Positions 1 to 11,114 of a DNA stretch of 64,000 nt are shown piece by piece. The notes beneath the pieces were generated by a model. That model saw only the letters and a list, made by a program, of their open reading frames with translations, did not search any database and was not told the DNA's origin. The DNA lies in contig NC_057720.1 in NCBI RefSeq assembly GCF_004010195.1, forward strand, positions 25,294,111 to 25,358,110, in the 5' to 3' direction. Position 1 is the stretch's first letter, and each line of letters opens with the position of its first letter. The position numbers and the translations under genes were made by a program. This DNA comes from Chiloscyllium plagiosum (lineage: Eukaryota).

Positions 1-1860
1 TCACATTGACAACAATGTCCTGTTTCTGATTGAATACTGATGAAAAGTATTCATTCAGTGTCTCCCCAATATCTTCAGCCTCCACACGTGACTTCCCACT
101 ACTATCCTTGACTGGTCCTATTCCTACCCTAGTCATTCTTTTATTCCTGACATACCTATAGAAAGCCTTAGGGTTTTCCCTAATCCTACCAACTAAGGAC
201 CTTTCATGTCCCCTCCTTGCTGCTCTTAGCTCTCTCTTCAGGTCCTTCCTGGCTTCCTTATAACTCTCAATAGCCCCAATTGAACCTTCACGCCTCATCT
301 TTACATAGGCCGCCCTCTTCCATTTAACAAGGGATTCCAATTCCTTATTAAACCACGATCCCTCACACGACCCTTTCCTCCCTGCCTGACAGGTACATAC
401 TTATCAAGGACACTCAATCAAGTTGCTCCTTGAACAAGCTCTACATATCAATTGCGCCCTTGCCTTGATGCCTACTTTTCCAAGCCACACATCCTAATTC
501 GTGCCTCACCACATCATAATTTCCCTGCCCCAGCTATAACTCTTGCCCTGCAGTGCACACTTATCCCTCTCCATCTCTAGAGTAAAAGTCACCGAATTGT
601 GGTCACTGTCCCCAAAGTGCTCATCTACCTCCAATTTTAACACCTGGCCTGGTTCGTTACCCAAAACCAAATCCAGTATGGCCTCACCTTTTGTTAGCCT
701 GTCTACATATTGTGTCAGGAAACCCTCCTGCACACATTGGGCAAACACCGACCCATCTAACAAACTCGAGCTATAGCTTTCCCAGTCAATATCAGGAAAG
801 TTAAAGTCCCCATAACAACCACCCTATTACTTTCACACTTCTCCTGAATCATCCTCGCAATCCTTTCTTCTATTAGGACTATTAGGAGGCCTGTAGAAAA
901 CTCCTAACAGGGTGACCTCACCTTTCCTATTCCTAACCTCAGCCCAAACTACCTCAGATGGCGAGTCTTCATCCAACATCCTTTGCACCGCTGTAATACT
1001 ATCTTTGACAAGCAATGCCACACCTCCCCCTCTTTTACCCCCACCTCTGACCCTACTAAAACATTTAAACCCTGGAACCTGCAACAGCCAATCCTGTCCC
1101 TGTTCTACCCATGTCTCCGTAATAGCCACAACATTGAAATCCCAGGTACCAACCCACACTGCAAGTTCACCTACCTTATTTTGTATACTTCTTGCATTGA
1201 AGTATACACACTTCAAGCCACTTTTCTCTTTACAGGCACCCTCCTTTGAGATTGATGCTATGTTCCTAACCTCCCTACACTCCAGGTCCTGCACCCTAAA
1301 GCTACAGTCTAGGTTCCCATGCCCCTGCAGAGTTAGTTTAACCCCCCCCAAAGGATAGACCATCCATATTTATAGAAGTCCCACTTTCCCCAGAAAGAAC
1401 CTCAGTTATCCAGATACTGGAATCCCTCCCTCCTGCACCATCCCTGTAGCCACGCATTTAACTGTTCTCTCTCCCTATTCCTCGACTCTCTATCACGTGG
1501 CACGGGTAACAAACCAGAGACAACAACACTGTTTGTTCTAACTCTGAGCTTCCAACCTAGCTCCCTGAAAGCCTGCCTAACATCCTCAGCCCTCCTCCTA
1601 CCTATGTCATTGGTGCCAATGTGGACCACAACTTCGGGCTGCTCCCCCTCCCCCTTAAGGACCCGGAAAACACGATCAGAGACATCACATACCCTTGCAC
1701 CTGGGAGGCAACATACCAAACGTGAGTCTCTCTCGCCTCCACAAAACCGCCTATCTGTACCCCGAACTATTGAGTCCCCAATAACTATTGCTCTGCTCTT
1801 CTCCACCCTTCCCTTCTGAGCAATGGGGACAGGCTCTGTGCCAGAGGCCTGAACCCCCTT
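1..1860 (-). mobile_element. CR1-clade LINE, 5' part: ORF1 SGNH esterase domain and ORF2 AP endonuclease, frameshifted
   Basis: ORF 1402-1806 has VIGDSIVRG...HIGTND; ORF 833-1363 has CVYFNARSI...AITETW...GGGVALLV; ORF 506-763 has LDLVL...DSDHN. Confidence 0.9.
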
Positions 1861-1889
1861 GTGGGCAGATTTTTAGGAGGGTTTAGGAA

Positions 1890-2830
1890 TTCTAGAATTC
1901 CCAGCCACTGATCTGCTCTTGTCATCACAGTATTTATTTGGCTGATCCAGTTCAGTTTTTAGTCAGAGATAATCCCCCAAGATGATAACTGTGGATTACT
2001 CAGTGGTGGTAATGCATCAGGTGTCAAAGGGAAATGATTGGATTTTCTTCTGTTAGAAGTGGTCATTGCCTGGCATTTATTCAAAATATGCAAATAAAAT
2101 GGGCTACTTATCAACCCAATGTTGTCTCGGTTTGCCACATGCAATACAGATGGCTTCAGATTGCTTCAGTACCTGAGGATTACTGAATGGTACAGAACAC
2201 TGGCAATCATCAGCAAACATCCACGTCACTGGCCTGAAATGGTAGGAATGATTGATGAAGTAATTGGAGACAGTTAAACCTAAAACATTGCTCTGAGAAA
2301 CTCCAGCAAAGCCCTGAAGCTGAAAGGACCTGTCTCCAACAATCACAGCCTTTCTGCTAGGTATGACTCTAACCAGTGGAGCTTTTTCCCCCAATTTCTA
2401 TATTCCTCAATTTTGTATGGCTTATCGATGCCACTCTTAATCAAGTATGACTATTATGTCACTGTCACACTATCTCTGGAGTTCTACTCTTTTGCCAATG
2501 TTTGGACCAAAACTGCAATGAGCTCAAAGCGGTCTTGGTAGAACCCAAATTGAGTATTCGTGAGCAGGTTATTGTTGCTTAAGCAAATTTTGATATTACT
2601 TAGAGTGATCCCTTTCCATCACTTTGCTGATGGTTAAGAGTAGACTGATGGTGCAGTAATTGGCTTGGTTTCTTGTACAGGACACGCCTGGACCATTTTT
2701 CATCTGTAGCTGCACTGGAGCAGATTGACTAGAGGAACCACAATTTTAATCACAAGTCTTCAGAACTGCTTTGTCAGGGCCCAGAGATTCCGCTGTGTCC
2801 GGTGCCTCAGCCTTTCTTCATGTCAGGTGG
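1890..2830 (-). mobile_element. Old, decayed LINE RT fragment (L2/CR1 group)
   Basis: Remnant GVSQSNVLG...MFADD in ORF 2104-2394. Confidence 0.6.
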
Positions 2831-4477
2831 AGTAAATCTGGTTTTTTTTCAAAAACAAACTGGTATCTGTAGCATCTATGATGCTGGAGACCTTGGGAGC
2901 AGGCCAAACTGAATCGCAACAGAAGACACTGAAACATGCTCTTTCACATTCGCAAAACATCCAACTCCTGAGATTTACAATACCAAGCAGAGTGATTCAT
3001 GGGAATTTTTACATAATTGTTTCCACCTAATGCTATGTAATTACCTTTTATAGTATGACTGGGCAGGCAATTTTGTCCAAACAATAACAGAGTTTGAAAG
3101 TCTAGCTGCATCTCTGCAGAGAGAAACTGACTTAACATTTCAAGTCCAGTGACCCTCAATAATTGGTCACTGGATTTAAAAGTTTACTCTGTTGCGTTTC
3201 TTTTTAACTCTGTTGCTTAAATAATGATACTAAAGTTAATGACGTTCAGGATGTTGTTATGTTTGTTATTTGCATGTACCGTATGGGTAGGGGGTAGCGA
3301 CTTCAGTCAAGTTTGGTGAGCACTAATTTGGACAGGACCAGAACAAAAATTGTTGTTGAGCACCATGCTGTCGTCAGACCTCGATTTGTATTTTGACCAG
3401 AAAGTACTGTCCTGTTCGGGCAATTTGTTGTTTCCTCAAAGGAGGAGGTTAAAAGACCACTGGATGGATTTTAACTACCCACTTGTCCAGTTTGCACTGT
3501 AATGATATAGTTCAACTATCTTTAAACCTGAACTGAATGTCTTTGAAAACAGTGCAAGATGTTGGTGAAGAATTTCGAACAACAGGTGTGCCATTAAAGA
3601 CCAACAGGAACTTTACTGGTCACAGCTACTCAATTATCTTGCTGAACGTCTTATCATCCACAATGACACAGATTCCTATTATCTAACTAATTAATAATTT
3701 AATTTGCCACATTCTTCAAGATCCCTGTGCATTATCTTTTATCAAAATATCCCTAATGAGAGACCTGAATAAATCTTTTTTGAATTCAAGAATGAATGCA
3801 TTACATCTCTCTATTCTGACTTCCGTAGCCAGTTGCAATATCACTGAAATCTGCAAAAGTTGATTGTTCTCATAGTCATAGAGATGTACAGCACAGAAAC
3901 AGATTCTTCAGTCCAACTTGTCCATGCCGAACAGATATCCTAACCTTTATGCATTTGCCAGCAATTGCTGCTCTGGCTTTTGTCAACCAGTATTGATGGG
4001 AATAATCTTTTCTTCATGTTAAATGTTCAGTGCTTTCAAAAGTTTATGATACCGCTGCCATATGTATTTTATTGTGATATTTTATGCTGTGTTTCCTTGC
4101 GTGAAGGTGGGGACATTGGGGGTGGCAGATTGTCACTTGTTATGAACATCAATTCTATATAAACATGCACGCATGGACCAGGAGTAGGACATTCAGTCCC
4201 TTGAGCCTACTCCATTATTTAAGATCATAGCTAATCTGATTGTAACCTCACATCCACTTTGCTATCTACCCTGATAACCTTGCTCACTATTAATCTATCA
4301 CTTCTTCCTTAAAAATATTTACAGACTCAGTTTCCACCACCTTTCAGGAACATAATTCCAAAGATTCACAACCCTCAAGAGAAAAGAAATATAATCACCC
4401 ATCTTTGTTTTAAATGGATGGCCCCTAATTGTTCATTTTCCCAGAAGAGGAAATATCCACTCTGTCAAATTTATTTA

Positions 4478-4790
4478 GTTAAAAATCACACAACACCCAG
4501 GTTATAGTCCAACAGGTTTAATTGGAAGCACACTAGCTTTCGGAGTGACACTCCTTCATCAGGTGATTGTGGAGGGCTCGATTGTAACACAGAATTTATA
4601 GCAAAAATTTAGTGTGATGTAACTGAAATTATACATTGAAAAATTGATTGTCTGTTAAGCCTTTCATCTGTTAGAATACAGTGATAGTTTCACTTCTTTC
4701 ATGTGTAAATCACAAAACCTTTTTTTAAAAAGTTGCATTCTCGGGTTAACTGTTAACAATGGTGACAGCTAGACAATATGTTGAAGGTGT
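4478..4790 (-). mobile_element. Penelope-like terminal repeat (family B)
   Basis: Near-identical to 15115-15430 and 28737-29050, which are attached to a GIY-YIG ORF end. Confidence 0.8.
4531..4565 (-). ncRNA. Minimal type-I hammerhead ribozyme motif, family B, intact core
   Basis: CAC-CUGAUGA-a-GGAGU(guc)ACUCC-GAAA-GC-UA-GUG: stem I CAC/GUG, 5-bp stem II, palindromic AGCU in place of stem III. Confidence 0.8.
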
Positions 4791-4795
4791 TGACC

Positions 4796-5293
4796 CTTCA
4801 GGAAAGATGTATTGGCCCTGGACCGGGTCGAGAGGAGGTCCTCGAGAATGGTCCCCAGAATGAAAGGCTTAGCATATGGTGAATGTTTGAGGACTCTGGG
4901 ACTATACTCGATGGAATTTAGCAGGAAGTTGGGGGGAGTTCCAATTGAAACTTTCAGAGTACGAAATGCCTCGGACAGAGTGGATGTTGGGAAGATGTTT
5001 CCATTGGTAGGAGAGACAAGGACTCGAGGCCACAACCTCGAGTAAAGGGAAGACCCTTTAGAACAGAGTGTGGTGAATCTCTGGAATTCATTGCCACAGA
5101 GGATGTGGAGGCCGGGTCATTGAGTATATTTTTAAAAAAGATAGATAAGTTCTTGTTTGCTAAGGGGATCAAAGATTACAGGAAGAAAGCGGGAAAATGA
5201 GTTTGAGAAACCTATCAGCCATATTGAATGGTGGACCACACTCGATGGGCTGACTGACCTAATTTCTGCTTCTATGGTCTTATGGTCCTATGA
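4796..5293 (+). mobile_element. CR1-type LINE 3' end
   Basis: ALDRVERRSSRMVPRMKGLAY...TRGHNL; (TATGGTC)-type tail. Confidence 0.8.
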
Positions 5294-5639
5294 TGTTATA
5301 AGAGTCAAAGTTTGCTGTGTGTTTACTTGGAAATGCTTTCAACGAGACACATTCAATTCTTGCAGAAGCCAAAGATTAGCAGATCAAGGGCATTTTAATT
5401 CTGTTGATCTAGGTTGTATTTCAATGTAAATTTGGAAGTTAATGGACCTCGTGCTAATCCAAGTGGCACAGTTTATTTCTATTTACCCTGAATCATGTTA
5501 ATTACTTTCTACGGCTCGATTACACACTTTCTACAAACTATTTTGTAAAAGGTCAGTGACTAATGTCCTTTTCACTCATTTTCTACCACAAAACACATCT
5601 TGGATGCATTTCAAATATATCAGGTATTTTAAAATAGAA

Positions 5640-5880
5640 TAAATAGAATTCCTACAGTGTGGAAACAGGCCCTTTGGCCCTACAAGTGTACACTGACCCT
5701 CTGAAGGATATCCCACCCAAACCCATTCCTCTACATTACCCCCAACCTATACATCCCTGAACACAATGGGCAATTTAGCATGGTCAATTCACCTAACCTG
5801 CATATCTTTGGACTGTGGGAGGATACCCATGCAGATACTGGGAGAATGTGCAAACTCCATACAGACAGTTGCCCAAGGTG
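5640..5880 (-). mobile_element. HE1-like V-SINE, partial
   Basis: Reverse complement of the SINE core at 18071-18387. Confidence 0.8.
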
Positions 5881-5883
5881 GAC

Positions 5884-7053
5884 ATGATCTATATTGACTT
5901 CAGTAAGGCATTCAACAAAGTAGATTGGTTAGAAAGGTTAGATCTCATGGAGTACATAGAGAACTAGCCATTTGGATACAGTACTGGCTTGAAGGTAGAA
6001 GACAAAGGGTGGTGGTGGAGGGTGACCTTTCAGATTGGAGGCCAATGAGCAGTGGTGTGCCACAAGGTTCAGTGCTGGGTTCACTGCCTTTTGTCATTTA
6101 TATAAATGATGTGGATGGGAAAGTAGGAGGTATAGTAAGTAAAATTGCAAATGACACCAAATTGGAGGTTTAATGGACAGTGAAGGTTACCTCAGAGTAC
6201 AACAAGATCTTGATTGGATGGGCCAATAGGCTGGGGGGTGGTAGATGGAGTTTAATTCAGATAAATTTGCGATGCCACATTTTGGAAAGGCAAATCAGAG
6301 CAGGACTTATACACTTAATGGTAAGGTCCTGGGGAGTGTTGCTGAACAAAGAGACCTTGGAGTGCAGGTTCATAGTTCCTTGAAAGTGGAGTTGCAGGTA
6401 GATAGGATAGTGAAGAAGGTTTTTGGTATGCTTTCCTTTATTGGTCAGAGTATTGAGTATGGAAGTTGGGAGGTCATGTTGCGGCTGTTCAGGACATTGG
6501 TTAGACCACTTTTGGAATACAATGTGCAATTCTGGTTTGTCTCCTGTCGGAAGGATGTTGTGAAACTTGAAAGGATTCAGAGAAGATTTACAAGGATGGT
6601 GCCAGGGTTGGAGGATTTGAGCTATAGGGAGAGGTTGAATGGGCTGGGGCTGTTTTCCCTGGAGCGTCGGAGGCTGAGGGGTGACCTTATTGAGGTTTAT
6701 AAAATCATGAGGGGATGACTAGGATAATTAGACAAGGTCTTTTCCCTGGGGTGGGGGAGTCCAGAACTAGAGGCTATATGTTTAGGATAATAGGGGGAAA
6801 AGTTAAAAGGGACCTAAGGGGCAACCTTTTCACACTGAGGGTGGTGTGTGTATGGAATGAGAGGAAGTGGTGGAGGCTGGTACAATTGCAACACTTAAAA
6901 GGCATCTGGATGGGTATACTAATAGGAAAGGGTTAGAGAGATGTGGGCCAAGTGGTGGCAAATGGGACTAGATTAGATTAGGATATCTGGTTGACATGGA
7001 TGAGTTGGACTGAAGGGTCTGTTTCTGTGCTGTACATCTCTAGGACTCTATGA
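5884..7053 (+). mobile_element. CR1-type LINE ORF2 3' part with tail
   Basis: [10 protein letters not shown], degenerate FADD (IANDTK), ERRRLRGDLIEVYKI; ctatga tail. Confidence 0.9.
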
Positions 7054-7147
7054 CTATCACTGCACCCCAAGGGCCCCTCTACACCTGACTGTGGGGAGTT
7101 AGGAGGTGAGTTACTCACTGCAGCGTTCCCAGCCTCTGACCTGATCT

Positions 7148-9078
7148 TAGAGTCATAGAGATGTACAGCATGGAAACAGACCCTTCGGTCCAACCCGTCC
7201 ATGCCGACCAGATAGAACATAGAACAATACAGCGCAGAACAGGCCCTTCGGCCCTCGATGTTGCGCCGACCTGTGAACTATTCTCATCTCGTCCCCCTAC
7301 ACTATCCCAAAATATTCCATGTGCTTATATCAGGATAGTTTAAATCTCTCTAATGTGGCTTAGTTGACTACATTAGCAGCTAGGGCATTCCATGCCCTTA
7401 CCACTCTCTGCATAAAGAACCTGCCTCTGACATCTGTCTTAAATCTATCACCCCTCAATTAGTAGTTATGCCTTCTCGTACAAGCTGACGTCATCATCCT
7501 AGGAAAAAGTCTTTCACTGTCTACCCTATCTAATCTTCTGATCATCTTGTATGTCTCTATCAAATCCCCCCTTAGCCTTCTTCTTTCCAATGAGATCAGA
7601 CCCAAGTCTCTCAGCCTTTCCTCATAAGACCTTCCCTCCAGACCAGGCAACATCCTGGTAAACAGATATCCCAACCCAATCTAGTCCCACCTGCCAGCAC
7701 TTGGCCCATATCCTTCTAAACCCTTCCTATTCATATACCCATCCAAATACCTCTTAAATGTTGCAATTGTACCAGCCTCTACCACTTCCTCTGGCAGCTC
7801 ATTCCATACACGTACCACCCTCTGCGTGAAAAAGTTGCCCCTTAGGTCCCTTTTACATATTTCCCCTCTCACCCTAAACCTATGCCCTCTAGTTTGGACT
7901 CTCCCACCCCAAGGAAAAGACTTTGTCTATTTATCCTATCCATGCCCCTTATAATTTTGTAAACCTCTATAAGGTCAGCCCTCAGCCTCCGACGCTCCAA
8001 GGAAAACAGCCCCACCTTGTCCAGCCTCTCCCTGTAGCTCAAATCCTCCAACCCTGGCAACATCCTTGTAAATCTTTTCTGAACCCTTTGAAGTTCACAT
8101 CTTTCCAATATGCAGGAGACCAGAATTGCACACAATATTCCAAAAGTGGCCTAACCGATGTCCTGTATGGCTGCAACATGACCTCCCAACTCCTGTACTC
8201 AATACTCTGACCAATAAAGGAAAGCATATCAAATGCCTTCTTCACTATCTTATCTACCTGCGACTCCACTTTCAAGGAGCTATGAACCTGCACTCCAAGG
8301 TCTCTTTGTTCAGCAACACTCCCTAGGACCTTACCATTAAGTGTATAAGTCCTGCTAAGATTTGCTTTCCCAAAATGCAGCACTTCACATTTATCTGAAT
8401 TAAACTCCATCTGCCACTTCTCAGTCCATAGGCCCATCTGATCAAGACCCTGTTGTAATCTAAGGTAACCTTCTTCACTATTCACTACACCTCCAATTTT
8501 GGTGTCATTTGCAAACTTACTAACTGTACCTCTTATGCTCACATCCACATCATTTATGTAAATGACAAAAAGTAGTGGACCCAGCACCGATCCTTGTGAC
8601 ACTCCACTGGTCACAGGCCTCCAGTCTGAAAAACAACCCTCCACCACTTCTACTTCTACCTTTGACTTCTACCTTTGAGCCAGTTCTATATCCAAATGGC
8701 TAGTTCTCCCTGTATTCCGTGACATCTAACCTTGCTAACCAGTCTCCCATGGGGAACATTGTCGCGTGCCTTACTGAAGTCCATATAGATCACATCTACT
8801 GCTCTGCCCTCATCAATCCTCTTTGTTACTTCTTCAAAAAACTCCAAGTTTGTGAGACATGATTTCCCATGCACAAAGCCATGTTGACTATCCTTAATCA
8901 GTCCTTTCCTTTCCAAATACACATACATCCTGTCCCTCAGGATTCCCTCCAACAACTTGCTCACCACTGGCGTCAGGCTTACTGGTCTATAGTTCCCTGT
9001 CTTCTCCTTACCACCCTTCTTGAAGAGTGGCACCACGTTAGCCAACCTCCAGTCTTCCAGCACCTCACCTGTGACTAT
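7148..9078 (-). mobile_element. CR1-type LINE ORF2 (RT to 3' tail), with a second CR1 3' fragment nested at ~7213-7662
   Basis: ORFs 8686-9063 ([12 protein letters not shown]) and 8039-8647; nested copy has a catagaa tail and a short cagata duplication. Confidence 0.9.
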
Positions 9079-10945
9079 CTTGTAGTCACTGTATTTGTAT
9101 GGCTAGTACAGTTTGCCTTCTGGTCAATGGTTTATCCGTTCATCTCCAGCCTATTCTTCAAAACTTACATTCTTTTCCCTGCCTAACCAACCCTGCCCAA
9201 GACTTGCTTCTACTAAAGTTCTTTTCTCAGTGATTTGCATTTTACACTCAAGATAAAGCTAATTGTCATAGTTACACATGAACCCTCCACACAAGAAAAA
9301 TATTGTTGCTTTTCATTCTTTAATAAATGCCAGTGAAATGAATGGGCTATACTCCCCAGAGTTCTATGTGAACAGTTCCTGCAGCTACTCTTCCAGTTCA
9401 AGAAAACTCCCCATTTTTCCAATTAAGTTTTGGGTGATTAAAATCTCTCCTAATCAACACTTTCTCCATTTTTTAAAACTTGAATAATTCTATTTCAATT
9501 TAAGCTCCTTGCTCTGCTAATATATAATGATCCCAAATTATTAACTTCTTTCTCTTGATATTACACGCTTCAACCAACTGACAGTCTGCCTCCCGTCATC
9601 TGCAGCTCATATGTCCCTCTTGATTAGTGTCAGGTCCTCTTAGCAACATTGTTCTTTTAAAAAAAATTTTTTCAGTCTTTTATGAATCCCACCGTATAAA
9701 GCTCATCCTCATCCTTGGACTTTAACTATATTTTTGGTAAGCCGATTGCATTTACTTCCTTTTGTCTATAGCTTTCAATTATATCTTGTATGTTACTGTA
9801 GCATGATCTTGCAAAAGGAGTTGAAAGGTGAGCAGTTGGGTCAGGGAGAGAGATGGCAGAAAGCAGCAGGATTGGGGATCTAATTTTACAAAACGGTTTC
9901 GTTACCAGAAATCAAACTTTCTTTAATGGGGTACTTGGAAGTGCGGCTGCTTACATGTTTTAATGACCGTCCGGTTTTATAGGACATAGGGACTGAAGTT
10001 AAACTTCAGCCCAATGCTGTTCTCATATCCTGTTACTACACATACAAGCCAGTAAAACCAGAAAATGAAGTGGAAAGTGAAATGAGCTTCTATTTCGCAT
10101 GGCCTCAAGAGCACAAGGCAGACATCCAAGTGCAAAAGTGCAGAAAGAAATTGGCAGTAAACTTTGTGACTGGGCTCCCTCTTTCCTTCGATTGGCAGAA
10201 TTCAAGAAGGAATCTCATTCAAGCAAACTGTCTTATTTTCTGCCCATGCCCCCACCTTCCTCTACAGTGGGGTGATTCTTTGAATGAGAAACTGTTTGCT
10301 GGGAGTTATAGAGTCATAGTGTTGTACAGCACGAAAACAGACCCTTCGGTCCAACTCACCCATGCCGACCAGATATCCTAATCTAATCTAGTCCCATTTG
10401 CCAGCACTTGGCTCATGTCCCCCTAAACCCTTCCTATTCATATACCCATCCAGATTGTATGTTTGCAGATGACACCAAAATTGGAGATGTAGTGGACAGT
10501 GAAGAAGGTTACTTCATAGTACAATGGGATCTTGATCAGATGGGCGAATGAGTGGCAGATGGAGTTTAATTTAGATAAATATGAGGTGCTGCATTTTGGA
10601 AAGGGAAATCAGGGCAGGATTTACTTATACACTTGACGATAAGGTGGGGAGTGTTGCTGAACAAAGAGGCCTTGGAGTGCAGGTTCATAGTTCCTTGAAA
10701 GTAGAATCACAGGTAGATAGGGTAGTGAAGACGGTGTTTGGTATGCTTGCCTTTATTGGTCAGTGCATTGAGTACAGGAGTTGCAAGGTCATGTTGCAGC
10801 TGTACAGGACATCGGTTAGGCTACTTTTGGAATACTGTCTGCAATTCTGGTCTCCCTGCTAGAGGAAGGATTCAAAGTCATGAGAAGATTTGTAGCTCGG
10901 GTGCTCGTTGTTGTGGTTCTGTTCGCCGATCTGGGAATTTGTGTT

Positions 10946-10985
10946 GCAGACGTTTCGTCCCCTGTCTAGGTGACATCCTCAGCAC
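10946..10985 (-). ncRNA. Hammerhead motif, family C, core intact
   Basis: CUGAGGA-u-GUCaCC(uagaca)GGgGAC-GAAA-CG-UC-ugc. Confidence 0.7.
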
Positions 10986-11074
10986 TTGGGAGCCTCCTGT
11001 GAAGCGCTTCTGTGATCTTTCCACTACAAATGCCGGAGGAAAGATCACAGAAATGCTTCACAGGAGGCTCCCAA

Positions 11075-11114
11075 GCACTGAGGATGTCACCTAGACAGGG
11101 GATGAAATGTCTGC
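11075..11114 (+). ncRNA. Hammerhead motif, family C, CpG-decayed
   Basis: GCA-CUGAGGA-u-GUC...GAU-GAAA-UG-UC-UGC; stem I GCA/UGC. Confidence 0.65.
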
